From Candidatus Levyibacteriota bacterium (GTDB lineage: Bacteria > Patescibacteriota > Microgenomatia > Levybacterales > UBA12049), in contig JAYRIM010000014.1 in the NCBI GenBank assembly GCA_041906785.1, forward strand, positions 3,215 to 67,214: 64,000 bases of DNA. Direction: 5' to 3'. Each line of letters begins with the position of its first letter. Positions within the stretch are counted from its first letter, which is position 1. The position numbers and the translations under genes are program-made. Under the pieces are notes generated by a model. It had not been told where the DNA came from. It was given only the letters and a program-made list of their open reading frames with translations, and searched no databases. Positions 47,388 to 57,510 of this stretch are shown here, one piece after another.

Positions 47388-49070
47388 CTACGTAAGATAT
47401 TGAGAGCTACTCGTATATATTTTTACTATATCTGCATCTGACAATAAACGTATCTTCTTCATGTTTTTCGTGTCCTTAAGATATCGATGGATAATTTTAT
47501 ACATATCGAGGTCAAAAGTATAATTAGTCGATAAATCCGAAGTGCGTAACCCGAAGTTCGAAAAAGAATCTAACTTTGAATTTTGTGCACTTAAAACGTT
47601 TTGATCATTCGGCATTGCTTCGAGTTTCGATAGTATAATTTCTGATGTATCTTCGTTACCTTCTTGATCGATTTTAACACTACCTATAAAGCACCATTTA
47701 TCGATGATAAAATGTTCTGTTATGCCTGTGATTTCATTTTTTTCATCGATAATAATTGGGCCAGTGAATGGCCAAGGTTTTATTTTCGTTTTACTAAATG
47801 CAGTGACGAATCTCGTATTGTAGAACAATGCTGATTCTTTACCAACGCATGCCCCTTTACATTTGTTTAGTCTGTAAGCGAAACAGGCGGTTGACGTTTT
47901 TTCTAGTCCGATTAGTTTCTCACACAATTGATATTCTTTCGAAACATCAGCCAAAAAATTCTTGGCTTGTTTTCTGGATTTAAAGAGGCCTAGTATTGTT
48001 CCTATTTCTCCTGAAGTTATTGTTTGTACAGGAAATAGTTCTATTCCATCATATCCTTTCGTGTTCGTTACTTTTCTTAAAGCGATAAGCTCATGTTTTA
48101 CCCTCAACATCCTATTATAGATAGGAAGTTTTTGCTTTATAAGGGTTGCTTCGAGAAAGAGTGCTCCAAGTTCGCCTGCAGTAACGATAGTTTCAATATG
48201 TTCAACTTGTTGCGCTATAGACATTTCTTTCGTTGATCGAATATCTCCTGAAAAATGTGATAAAACACGATCACGAATGTTTTTACTTTTACCGATATAT
48301 AAAGGAACAGGTTGTAAGTTGTCAGTTCTAGGTTGTGGGTTATCAGTAACAGAACTTTGACTGGTTATTCCATTTACATACTGATGACTGATGACTGACG
48401 ACTGACTACCATACATAATATACACCCCTGGCAATTCGGGAAGAGAATCTATGAGTGACCAAGACAATTTAGTAGGTACGGTTGGTCTTCGTAATGCTAG
48501 ATTTACAGCTTTAAGAAACTCATCTTCAGAAAAGGTTTTTTTTGCATATTGGTAAAAATGCCATAACGCTGACGCATCGTCAAAAGCACGATGTCGCTGT
48601 TCACAGTGAATCCCGCAGCGTTGAATAACAGCATCCAGATTATGATGAGATGCCGTAGGGAAGAGAGAACGAGAAAGTTTCACTGTACAGAGTTGCCTTG
48701 CCTGAAATGGTATATTTTCTCGAAGGAAGGAATGTTTTAAAAAACTATAATCAAATCGTGCATTATGCGCGACAAAAATGCATTCATTGAGAAGTGTGCG
48801 TATTTCATCAGCTACTTCTTGAAATGTAGGTTTATTTTCGAGATCGCGTTGAGTTATACCTGTCAACAGTTCGATTTCAGGAGGGAGATGAGTTTGGGGG
48901 TTAATAAGTGATTGGTATGTCTGTACAAGCTTATTTCCTTCAACTCGGAGAATTCCTATTTCGATAATCCTTCCGTAGGAAGCAGAAGTACCAGTAGTCT
49001 CAATATCGACAAAAGCAAGTCTATCAGGCAGCATGTGTTTGATTTTAACAAGCTTGATTTTGTCCTGCAA
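47388..49070 (-). CDS. DEDDh (DnaQ-like) exonuclease fused to a UvrC/Cho-like GIY-YIG domain
   Basis: VDIETTG, AHNARFD, HRAFDDA; PGVY...YIGKS..RV.SHF; C-terminal Cys cluster; start may be ATG 49034. Confidence 0.9.
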   Translation of the reverse strand: MQDKIKLVKIKHMLPDRLAFVDIETTGTSASYGRIIEIGILRVEGNKLVQTYQSLINPQTHLPPEIELLTGITQRDLENKPTFQEVADEIRTLLNECIFVAHNARFDYSFLKHSFLRENIPFQARQLCTVKLSRSLFPTASHHNLDAVIQRCGIHCEQRHRAFDDASALWHFYQYAKKTFSEDEFLKAVNLALRRPTVPTKLSWSLIDSLPELPGVYIMYGSQSSVISHQYVNGITSQSSVTDNPQPRTDNLQPVPLYIGKSKNIRDRVLSHFSGDIRSTKEMSIAQQVEHIETIVTAGELGALFLEATLIKQKLPIYNRMLRVKHELIALRKVTNTKGYDGIELFPVQTITSGEIGTILGLFKSRKQAKNFLADVSKEYQLCEKLIGLEKTSTACFAYRLNKCKGACVGKESALFYNTRFVTAFSKTKIKPWPFTGPIIIDEKNEITGITEHFIIDKWCFIGSVKIDQEGNEDTSEIILSKLEAMPNDQNVLSAQNSKLDSFSNFGLRTSDLSTNYTFDLDMYKIIHRYLKDTKNMKKIRLLSDADIVKIYTSSSQYLT

Positions 49071-49106
49071 GCTCTACTTTTCACTTTGGTTTTTCAGTTA
49101 TGAATT

Positions 49107-49183
49107 GTATTATGTATTAAGTAGTATGTATTATGAGAGTATGCAGTTTATTACTTGCTACTTAGTACATTCTACTTAATACT
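49107..49183. repeat. 7-nt periodic inverted-arm element (tattatg / tacttaa)
   Basis: tattatg tattaag tagtatg tattatg ... tacttgc tacttag tacattc tacttaa. Confidence 0.78.
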
Positions 49184-49189
49184 ATTATC

Positions 49190-50875
49190 ATGGAAGGGAT
49201 TTTTCTTGAAATCACTATTATTATTTGTTTGGCTGCTGCATTATCAATAATTTTCCGTATTCTTCGCCAGCCAACCATTACCGCATATCTTCTGACCGGT
49301 ATTTTGCTTGGACCTGTAGGATTATTCCATTTAGAAAATCATCTTACACTTGAGTCATTGGGCAAACTTGGCGTCACGTTTTTACTTTTCATGCTGGGTT
49401 TAGAATTAAAACTTCGTGAGTTAAAATCCATAGGTCTCCCAGCAGTCATCATAGGTACATTGCAAATGTGGTTTACTTTTTTTCTCGGATTTTATATTTC
49501 GCTATTTCTGGGTTACAGCACGATGGCAAGTGTATATGTAGGTATCGCACTGTCGTTTTCAAGCACGATCCTTATCGTTAAAAACTTATCAGATCGAAAG
49601 GATCTTAATAGTCTCCATGGAAAGTTAAGCATAGGCATTCTCTTAATGCAGGATTTCTTTGCGGTATTTACCATGTTACTCTTTAACGGTATTTCCGGAG
49701 GATCTTCACAGGCTTCAATTCCAATGAGTATTATAACGATCCTTATTAAAGCAGCTTTATTATTCGGGCTTATCATTTTCGCAAGTATGACTATCATTCC
49801 AAAAATCATACGATATGTTGCACGGTCTGCTGAAGTCCTTTTTCTTTTCTGCCTCGCATGGGTTTTTCTTTTAACTGCGATTGTTGCATCACCATTCGTG
49901 GGATTTTCTTCTGAAATAGGAGGATTTTTAGCTGGTTTGGCTTTAGCAAATAGTGCTGAAAACTTCCAAATCGTCGCACGTATGAAAGCATTACGGGATT
50001 TCTTTATAACCATTTTTTTCGTTATGGTTGGGTTGAGCATCTCGTTTGATAATTTTTTGGCTGTCTTGTTTCCATCCTTCGTATTTCTCCTTTTCGTGGC
50101 AATTATTAAACCAATTCTGATTATGCTTTTAGTACGCGCATTAAAGTACAGAAAACGGACCTCATTTTTTATTGGTAACAGCATGGGTCAAATATCTGAA
50201 TTCAGTTTCCTTATTCTTTTCTTAGGTCAACAACTTGGCCATGTTGAAAGTACGCTGGTCACAACAGTTCTTTTCGTCGGAATTGTGAGCTTTTTAACCT
50301 CTTCTTATGTTATCCAGCGTGCAGATCACGTGTATAAATATTTACAAAAACGATTTGTTTTCCTACAGAAAGATGACACACATGAGAAAAATTTCGGACG
50401 TTCACCAATCTCTGTTATAAAAAACCATATTGTTATAGTTGGAGGACACCAGATGGGGCAGCGGTTGTTACATGAATTAGAAGATCAGAAAACAGATATT
50501 GTCGTTGTCGATTTCGATCCAGATATTGTTAGAAAGTTGGAAACAAAACATGAGCCTGTTGTATTCGGAGATATAGCGGATCCTGATATCCAAGAACATG
50601 TCCATTTAGATAAAGCCAAGCTTGTTATTTCTACAGCGCCTGACTTAGAGGATAATCTGTTACTACTTGAAAGCGTTAGAAAAACGAATGAAAAAGCGAA
50701 AGTAATTGTTATGGCTTTAGAAAACGAAGATGCGAAGGCTCTTTATCATTCTGGGGCAGATTATGTGGTATTACCTCATCTAGCAGGTGGAAGATATCTC
50801 GCGAAGCTTTTAAAAGATAATCATTTAGAAACTATTGAGTGGCATAAAGCGAGAGATCTCGTGTATATTAGCTAA
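49190..50875 (+). CDS. Cation:proton antiporter (CPA2/Kef-like) with TrkA-N domain
   Basis: GILLGP, LLFMLGLE, SFSST, QD, GQISEFSF; IVGGHQMG, VFGDIAD. Confidence 0.92.
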   Translation: MEGIFLEITIIICLAAALSIIFRILRQPTITAYLLTGILLGPVGLFHLENHLTLESLGKLGVTFLLFMLGLELKLRELKSIGLPAVIIGTLQMWFTFFLGFYISLFLGYSTMASVYVGIALSFSSTILIVKNLSDRKDLNSLHGKLSIGILLMQDFFAVFTMLLFNGISGGSSQASIPMSIITILIKAALLFGLIIFASMTIIPKIIRYVARSAEVLFLFCLAWVFLLTAIVASPFVGFSSEIGGFLAGLALANSAENFQIVARMKALRDFFITIFFVMVGLSISFDNFLAVLFPSFVFLLFVAIIKPILIMLLVRALKYRKRTSFFIGNSMGQISEFSFLILFLGQQLGHVESTLVTTVLFVGIVSFLTSSYVIQRADHVYKYLQKRFVFLQKDDTHEKNFGRSPISVIKNHIVIVGGHQMGQRLLHELEDQKTDIVVVDFDPDIVRKLETKHEPVVFGDIADPDIQEHVHLDKAKLVISTAPDLEDNLLLLESVRKTNEKAKVIVMALENEDAKALYHSGADYVVLPHLAGGRYLAKLLKDNHLETIEWHKARDLVYIS

Positions 50876-50910
50876 TTGACATTTTTGTCCTATAAAGATA
50901 TATTCAGCGG

Positions 50911-51222
50911 ATGTTACAAACAGAATCTGAATTATATTTAATAATGCAAGCATATGATTCTCCGGAAGAAATAGAACGAGTAGTTCGCGAACAGACAGTT
51001 TTTCAGGCAACTATGGAGACTAAAACTTCTGAAGATGCTGTTGCTGCTTCCAGACAGGCTAATCAAGTCGTTTGGGATTTAGTTGTCCGAACTTCAGCAC
51101 GGGCTGAGTTAAGTGGAAAAACAAGTTGGATTGAAGAGGCGAGAGCATTACGTCAATGGAATAGAATAGCTCGAAGACATGAGGTCTTGTTTGATGCTAA
51201 CCAGTTAAATGGTACTCCTTAG
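50911..51222 (+). CDS. Hypothetical protein
   Basis: 103-aa ORF preceded by TTGACA; no family recognised. Confidence 0.5.
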   Translation: MLQTESELYLIMQAYDSPEEIERVVREQTVFQATMETKTSEDAVAASRQANQVVWDLVVRTSARAELSGKTSWIEEARALRQWNRIARRHEVLFDANQLNGTP

Positions 51223-51225
51223 TTT

Positions 51226-52119
51226 TTACTCAGTTTCTTCGAGTTTCTTTTTTGTTGCTTCAATAACTTCAGTTAAACCGTCTCCATCAAGAATATTCGG
51301 AAGGTTATGCCATGACTGACCAATTCTATGATCTGTTAAACGATCTTGAGGAAAATTATAAGTTCGTATTTTTTCAGCTCGCATTCCACGACCAACTTGT
51401 GTAGATTTAAGAGAACTTATTTCAAGATGTTGTTTTTCTACTTCTATTTCCCACAATTTAGCTCTGAGAAGCTTCATAGCTATTTCACGATTCTGTATTT
51501 GAGATCTTTCTGACTGAGATGTTACGACAATTCCGCTCGGCTTATGTGTAATTCTCACTGCACTTGAAACTTTATTTACATTTTGACCACCATGTCCGCC
51601 TGCACGGAATGCTGAGAATTCTATATCATCAGGATTTACATGCAGATCTATATCTTCAAGTTCAGGGAGCATTGAGACTGTAGCCGTCGATGTGTGAATA
51701 CGGCCGCGTTTTTCAGTTGTCGGAATTCGTTGTACACGGTGTACTCCTGCTTCAAATTTCAGCTTACCAAAAGCACCTTTTCCTGCGATTTTAATGACAT
51801 TCTCGTCTACATTCTCTACACGGAATCCTTGGGATTCAGCATAACGGCGGTACATTCTCACTAATTCTTCTCCCCATAATTTCGCTTCGTCTCCACCTGC
51901 TGCTCCTTGCAACTCTAAAATAATATTCCTGGTATCTAGATCATTTTTTTCTTCTGCACTAGATGCAGATAGAGAATCTTCAAGTAGTTTTTTTTGTGCT
52001 TCTAGATCTATAATCTCTGCTTGTGCGAGTTCAATCATCGCAGGATCTGTAAGCAGCTGTTGCGTCTCAGCGATTTTCTGTTCTAACTCTTGGATTTGGA
52101 TCAGTCGGTAATCGTTCAT
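51226..52119 (-). CDS. prfA: Peptide chain release factor 1 (short N-terminal domain)
   Basis: GVHRVQRIPTT (PxT), GGQNVNK, RTYNFPQDR; start moved to ATG 52119; follows rpmE. Confidence 0.93.
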   Translation of the reverse strand: MNDYRLIQIQELEQKIAETQQLLTDPAMIELAQAEIIDLEAQKKLLEDSLSASSAEEKNDLDTRNIILELQGAAGGDEAKLWGEELVRMYRRYAESQGFRVENVDENVIKIAGKGAFGKLKFEAGVHRVQRIPTTEKRGRIHTSTATVSMLPELEDIDLHVNPDDIEFSAFRAGGHGGQNVNKVSSAVRITHKPSGIVVTSQSERSQIQNREIAMKLLRAKLWEIEVEKQHLEISSLKSTQVGRGMRAEKIRTYNFPQDRLTDHRIGQSWHNLPNILDGDGLTEVIEATKKKLEETE

Positions 52120-52218
52120 ATTGAGGTTTTTGATTGAACGCAGAGGATTTGGTGAAGTATTGTACACCCTTGTCTCGCTTTGCTTGCAAGCGGACTCCTT
52201 CGCTGCGCTCAGTCCGTC

Positions 52219-52515
52219 CTATTTCATGCCTAAAAGCATATCGCGAAGTGACTTAGGGGCTTCGTCTTTCTTTTTCTGTTCTTCAACTTTCTTTTTCTGT
52301 GTAGCTTGGTATGTTGCAGCTTTCTGGCGTGCATCTTCAAACCGTTTTATAGAAGAGCGAGTATCGACAAATTTTTGCTCTCCTGTATAAAATGGATGGC
52401 AGTTATAGCATAACTCGACCTGGATAGTTTGCTGTGTTGAGCCTACGGTAAATCTGTTACCGCATACGCAGATGACTTGAGCGTCATAATATTGTGGATG
52501 GATATTTGCTTTCAT
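52219..52515 (-). CDS. rpmE: 50S ribosomal protein L31 (Zn-binding type)
   Basis: MKANIHP, CVCG, CYNCHPFYTG. Confidence 0.96.
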   Translation of the reverse strand: MKANIHPQYYDAQVICVCGNRFTVGSTQQTIQVELCYNCHPFYTGEQKFVDTRSSIKRFEDARQKAATYQATQKKKVEEQKKKDEAPKSLRDMLLGMK

Positions 52516-52583
52516 AGTTCGATAATTATACTAAATTAGCATAGAGGAAACAAGTATTTGTCTGAAAAGAGTAAAGATATAAA

Positions 52584-52662
52584 CAGTTTTCTGGTTTGTT
52601 TGTTATCTAGTTGTCTAGTTGTTTTAACCAGAAAACAAGCAAAAAAGTAAACTAGACAACTC
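52584..52662. repeat. 8-nt periodic inverted-arm element
   Basis: ttttctgg tttgtttg ttatctag ttgtctag ... aaccagaa aacaagca aaaaagta aactagac. Confidence 0.8.
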
Positions 52663-52680
52663 GGGTTTCTTAGATACTTC

Positions 52681-53607
52681 TCAAATAATGGACTTTAGTC
52701 CTTCAGAAAGTTTAGTTATTGTTTGATAATGCAGCCTTCCTTCAGCCACGAAAAGGCCTAAAAAAACGAGAGTAGAGCCGAGGAGATAGGTAAAGGTAAT
52801 TGTTTCATCTAATAAAGGAATGGCTATAAGCACTGCAATAATTGGATCCATATAAGAGAAAATCCCAATCTCACTAGCGTCTAAATATTTCATAGCGATA
52901 CAGGATAAGCTATACGCTAAAGCAGAAGAAAGACATGCGCCAAAAATAATACCGACAACTCCTGGAAAACCGATGTTGGTTAAAAAGCCTTTTGTCGATA
53001 TTTCAGAAAGCATAAAAGGGAGAAAAGTTATAGAACCGATAAGGAATGTCCAAAACGTGAGTACAAGAGGGTCATAATATGTAACTAATTTTTTTAAATA
53101 CACTGTGTGTACTACTCCACCAATGGTTGCCAGGAGAAAGTAAAGGTTTCCTATAAATGATGTATCTAATCCCTGTTCTATAAGGGGGCGTATAATAATG
53201 ATCGTTACACCTGCCAAGCTAAGAAACATGCCATAAATAACTTTTTTTTTCGGTTTTTCTTTTAAAAATAATATTGCAGCCAGTAAAATAAGAACTGGTC
53301 CTGACGAACCAATAATAGGAGCATTAACACTTGAAGCGTACTCTAATCCTAGAAAGAAAAAGGTGATATTTATCGTTATACCTGCAATAGCACCGAATAT
53401 GATATGCCCGAAATGTTCCTTTCTTATTGTTACATTTTTATATACAAGTGGTAGTAGTAGATAGGTAGCAAGAAAAAAACGAAGAAAAGCTAACGTAAAC
53501 GGTTCTATATCTAATAAAGACCATTTAAAGACTGGCGCAGCAGCTCCCCAAATAAAATTTGCAATTATGAGAGCTAAAATGGCGCGGCGTGTTTTCGGCA
53601 GGGTCAT
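52681..53607 (-). CDS. EamA/DMT family transporter
   Basis: IWG, LAFLRF, 10 TM in two EamA repeats; start moved to ATG 53607. Confidence 0.9.
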   Translation of the reverse strand: MTLPKTRRAILALIIANFIWGAAAPVFKWSLLDIEPFTLAFLRFFLATYLLLPLVYKNVTIRKEHFGHIIFGAIAGITINITFFFLGLEYASSVNAPIIGSSGPVLILLAAILFLKEKPKKKVIYGMFLSLAGVTIIIIRPLIEQGLDTSFIGNLYFLLATIGGVVHTVYLKKLVTYYDPLVLTFWTFLIGSITFLPFMLSEISTKGFLTNIGFPGVVGIIFGACLSSALAYSLSCIAMKYLDASEIGIFSYMDPIIAVLIAIPLLDETITFTYLLGSTLVFLGLFVAEGRLHYQTITKLSEGLKSII

Positions 53608-53616
53608 GGGTATTAA

Positions 53617-53690
53617 TAATAATTGCTGTATTGCTATATTATTATATTGTTGAGAAAAACAATTTAGCAATATAACAATAAAACAATTAG
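53617..53690. repeat. 8-nt periodic inverted-arm element
   Basis: attgctgt attgctat attattat attgtt ... aacaattt agcaatat aacaataa aacaatt; lies between the hisS stop and the EamA start. Confidence 0.82.
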
Positions 53691-53699
53691 TAGAAGATA

Positions 53700-54917
53700 C
53701 TAAATAAGTGAAAATTTGAATTCACTCAGAAATTGCTCAAGCGGCATTTCTTTCTGCTCTCTTTTCACCATGTTCTTTAATAGTATAGCATTTTTACTAG
53801 CCTCTTCAGAGCCAATAATAATGACATAAGGGATCCCTTTCTTATCTGCATATTTCAATTGTTTTTCCATTTTCGCATTTTCATCAAGATATAATTCTGT
53901 ATTTATATTATTCGAGCGAAGCCGAGAACTAATTTCCAACGAAATATTCTTTAATTCTGGCGAAAAAATCGTTACGAGTACTTTTGTCGTTGTTTTTGTT
54001 TTTGGTAGCAACCCAAATTGTTCGGCTGCTTCCAGTGTCCTTTCAAAGCCTAAACCAAAACCTGTGCCTGGTATATCCTGTCCAGCAATTTTTGTCGTTA
54101 ATGAATCATATCTTTCTCCACCTAATACTGATCCTGCTTCATAACCAGGTACAACAATTTCCCAGATAGGACCGTCGGAATAAGCGAAAGATCGTGCTAT
54201 TGTCGGATCAAATTCATACCATGTTTCATCAAAACCATATTGTTTTAATGATGTGAGAATAGTTGTAATTCTTTCATTTGGTTGTAAGTTTATAATCGTT
54301 TCTAAATATTCTTTTGCTTTTTCGGTTGGTATTCCTTTCATTTCCATATCTTTTATTACACCTTCAGGACCAATCTTTTTAAGTTTATCTATTGCTACTA
54401 CTGCCTCATAAGGAAACTCTTTTAATAACTTACGATCGTTTATTTTTACGATTACTTGTTTAAACCCAAGCTTTTTATAAATATCGAGTGAGAGAGCTAT
54501 GGTTTCAGCGTCAGCGACAGGTGAGGGGAGGCCCCATATATCTGCATCACAGGAAAGAAATTCACGGTAGCGTCCTTTCTGTGGATTTTCAGATCTAAAT
54601 ACAGACTGGATTTGATATCGTTTAAATGGCATGGGAAGATCATTTTGATATTGTGCCACAAATCTGCACGAAGGAACTGTTTGATCATACCGAAGCGCTA
54701 CATTTCTTCCACCACGATCCTCAAACTGAAAAAATAATTTTTCATCTTCACCAATAACACCTTGAAAAAGTTCGAGATATTCAAGAGTTGGTGTTTCTAT
54801 AGGATCATACCCCCATAGCTCGAATACCTCCCGGATTTTATCACGAAGAAAATTACGCTTTATAGCGTCTTCTGGTAAAAAATCCCGAAATCCTTTTAAT
54901 GTTTGTGGTTGATTCAT
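53700..54917 (-). CDS. hisS: Histidine--tRNA ligase
   Basis: KGFRDFLP, LRYDQT, FRSENPQKGRYREF, GG.RYD, anticodon domain KQLKYAD. Confidence 0.95.
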   Translation of the reverse strand: MNQPQTLKGFRDFLPEDAIKRNFLRDKIREVFELWGYDPIETPTLEYLELFQGVIGEDEKLFFQFEDRGGRNVALRYDQTVPSCRFVAQYQNDLPMPFKRYQIQSVFRSENPQKGRYREFLSCDADIWGLPSPVADAETIALSLDIYKKLGFKQVIVKINDRKLLKEFPYEAVVAIDKLKKIGPEGVIKDMEMKGIPTEKAKEYLETIINLQPNERITTILTSLKQYGFDETWYEFDPTIARSFAYSDGPIWEIVVPGYEAGSVLGGERYDSLTTKIAGQDIPGTGFGLGFERTLEAAEQFGLLPKTKTTTKVLVTIFSPELKNISLEISSRLRSNNINTELYLDENAKMEKQLKYADKKGIPYVIIIGSEEASKNAILLKNMVKREQKEMPLEQFLSEFKFSLI

Positions 54918-54938
54918 ATATATTATTCTTCCGTAATT

Positions 54939-55970
54939 TTACAATAGAACTTGTTCATATTGAAGCCCCAATTGTTGGGGGCTAAATAACTTCCTACCTT
55001 TTCTAGTTCTCCAAATCGGGACTGCTTTTTTTGCAAAAATCATAACTTTTTTGTTGCTATTTTTATTAAAATTATTAATTCCTTGTATTCTATCTGTATC
55101 CATAAGAAGAATCGAATCAGGTGCCGTTACTACTACCTTATCATTTTTGAGTAAGATAATATTTTCATTTTTATACACTACTTTCCAGATACAACTTTTA
55201 GATTTGATAGTATATTCACCAGATTCAAATCCTTTTGTTTGAGTTGTACTATTACTGGTAATTATGCCAGTATCGTAATAAATTAAATCTAACATCGTAC
55301 AAAGTTCCTCAACAGTTTTTTTCTTACTTCTTATTTCTCGTAAAAATTCTCCAGCTTGTTCAGCAAGGATTAGACTATTTTGAGGAGTGGCATTTCTTAT
55401 CTGTTTTATTTGCATAGGATAACCAGCTATATAAGCATCACCACCTGCAGCAACAGCGAAACTTCTCAAAAGTAATTCAAGATGTTGAATCGATGCCGTG
55501 TTCCATAGGACAGCAGTGTTGTTTTTATCATCAGCGATAACACAGGGAGTTCTACTTACATTGATTAAGCTAATAAGTTCTAAATACACTTCTGGTGCGG
55601 AACGTAATCCGACTAAGTCACTATTTAAGACAGGTACTCCAAGTGTATTTGCTGCAAAAAGTGCTGTAGCGATAGACTCTGCTCCTAGTTCCACAGGGAC
55701 TATAGCAGTGATAGGTCTCTTATTTATTTCCATGAACACGGATAACGCAGAACGGACTGCTTTTACAGGATCAATTGTTTGTTTTCCTCCGATACCAAAA
55801 ACAGTGCAAACAAGATCTGTCTCTATAAGTTCATTAAAATTAATAAGGTCTACTCTTTCAATCTTTTTGAGTAAAGGCTCAGCATCGGCGATTGTTCCAC
55901 CACCACCAGTTCCTAGAAAGTTAGCGCCTTCAATAATATTATTTATTTTTGTTTTAGTGAGTGTTTTCAT
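54939..55970 (-). CDS. DUF917 family protein
   Basis: GANFLGTGGGG, ELG, DLVG.RSAPE, NE, PD.I. Confidence 0.8.
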   Translation of the reverse strand: MKTLTKTKINNIIEGANFLGTGGGGTIADAEPLLKKIERVDLINFNELIETDLVCTVFGIGGKQTIDPVKAVRSALSVFMEINKRPITAIVPVELGAESIATALFAANTLGVPVLNSDLVGLRSAPEVYLELISLINVSRTPCVIADDKNNTAVLWNTASIQHLELLLRSFAVAAGGDAYIAGYPMQIKQIRNATPQNSLILAEQAGEFLREIRSKKKTVEELCTMLDLIYYDTGIITSNSTTQTKGFESGEYTIKSKSCIWKVVYKNENIILLKNDKVVVTAPDSILLMDTDRIQGINNFNKNSNKKVMIFAKKAVPIWRTRKGRKLFSPQQLGLQYEQVLL

Positions 55971-57373
55971 ACTTCAATTCCTTCTGTTATATAAGAAAAA
56001 AAAGCTCTGAGATCCCGGGCAAGTAAAAAATTTCTTTCTCTTACTTGATCAATTAATTCAGCTTTCAATGTCTCAGTTTTCTGCTGCATTCTTCCTCTTG
56101 CTGAAGGATCTGCCCCTTTTCCATTTGTCATAAATTGTGTACTCAGTCGTGTCTTTTCATCTCTGAATATTTGTTGTATGTCTGCGAGTTCTAATAATAC
56201 TCTTTGTGTTGATCCAAGTGGTAGAAAGTTGACACCCCACAGATAAAGATTATTATCTGCTGGGTTTAGTACACAGTTTCTTTCTGGATCAAGTATACCA
56301 TTGGTTTGTAGCATTGAATTCCAATTGGAAATGTTTGGAACCTGGCCGGCTGCTAACTCTTTTCGAACATTCCTACCATTTCCTGTCAGACATTCAATAT
56401 ATGCGATAAACCCTGTATCGTTATTAAATCCCCTTTGATCCATGTATTTTCCTTTATCCCAGTAAATAGCCCGCCCCATTTCTTTTTCTGCTTCACTTTC
56501 TAATGCTGCATGCATAGCAGGTTCTACGACAAATGCCTTTTGATTTTGTATGTAGCCTTTTTGCCTTAGCATATCCAGATATGGTTGTGAATACATAGCC
56601 CAAACGAGAGAAGAAGATTGTAGAGTATTTTTTTGTCGTGGATTGGATGTTTCAAGTTTCTCGACAGTTAATCCTACTTGTCGTAGCATATCGTCTCGTG
56701 CTTTTTCTAAATCCTCCCAAATATCATCATCTACTACTCGTTGAAATATGACTCGATCTTTTCCAGTAACATATTCAATATATCGGGCAGTTAATTCTGC
56801 TTTTATTCTTTCTGCTGTCTCGACTGATAGTTCAAGTTCGTCTCTCTCTTCTGATGATAATTTTCCAAGAATTGCTTCCACTTTATCACTAAGTCGTTGA
56901 CTCCATAAACGGCGTTCTGAAATGACAGCATATTCCCGTGCGTTTACCGCTCCGACGCTTTCAATGATTTGATCGAATGCGATAGCTCGGGGAATCCAGT
57001 CTGCAACTTGACTAACGCTGCTCACTTTTTCTAGTTCTCCAGTTACCGGATTCATAATAACTCCTGCATTGGATATATTTTCGACATCTTTTGTTCTAAT
57101 TGCACACCACCCACCAGCCACAGCTAACTGTTCAGGGACAAGTGAACATCCACTATTCGGGTTAGATGCTATAAGTACTTTTGGTGCGAATTCACCTAGT
57201 AGAGTAGAGAACTCGCATTCATCACCTTCGAGTAGCGGTAGTTCTTTTCCATCTGGAAGCATACCGCGTTTTGCTAGATCAATTTTTCTTTGTAATAAGT
57301 TTTCTCCGCCAAGTGGTTGCCAAAGTCTTCTTTGGACATCGCTTGATGAGTATATTTTGTTATTTCTTTCCAT
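55967..57373 (-). CDS. Hypothetical protein (first gene after the attenuator)
   Basis: Start moved to ATG 57373 downstream of the terminator; ATGA overlap with DUF917. Confidence 0.7.
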   Translation of the reverse strand: MERNNKIYSSSDVQRRLWQPLGGENLLQRKIDLAKRGMLPDGKELPLLEGDECEFSTLLGEFAPKVLIASNPNSGCSLVPEQLAVAGGWCAIRTKDVENISNAGVIMNPVTGELEKVSSVSQVADWIPRAIAFDQIIESVGAVNAREYAVISERRLWSQRLSDKVEAILGKLSSEERDELELSVETAERIKAELTARYIEYVTGKDRVIFQRVVDDDIWEDLEKARDDMLRQVGLTVEKLETSNPRQKNTLQSSSLVWAMYSQPYLDMLRQKGYIQNQKAFVVEPAMHAALESEAEKEMGRAIYWDKGKYMDQRGFNNDTGFIAYIECLTGNGRNVRKELAAGQVPNISNWNSMLQTNGILDPERNCVLNPADNNLYLWGVNFLPLGSTQRVLLELADIQQIFRDEKTRLSTQFMTNGKGADPSARGRMQQKTETLKAELIDQVRERNFLLARDLRAFFSYITEGIEV

Positions 57374-57385
57374 AGTTTTCACCAC

Positions 57386-57501
57386 AAAAAAACCGCCTTT
57401 CAGCGGTGGTATTTTTGGTTTACGAACGTAAACACGATAAAACACACCGCCTAAGAGGAGGTATGCTTGTGTCCGTTTTTGTTAGTAATGCTATATGTCA
57501 T
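57386..57501 (-). promoter_or_regulatory. Leader-peptide transcription attenuator (uORF 57501-57451, MTYSITNKNGHKHTSS)
   Basis: uORF; antiterminator gcggtg complementary to caccgc; terminator ccgctgaaaggcgg plus T7. Confidence 0.7.
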
Positions 57502-57510
57502 ATTTCAGCC

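Noticed and set aside
51226-52167. prfA as a truncated pseudogene
   Set aside because: The PxT and GGQ motifs are intact with no frameshift; only the N-terminal domain is short.
57373-57510. T-box riboswitch upstream of the hisS cluster
   Set aside because: The leader is too short and has no T-box consensus; a uORF attenuator fits better.
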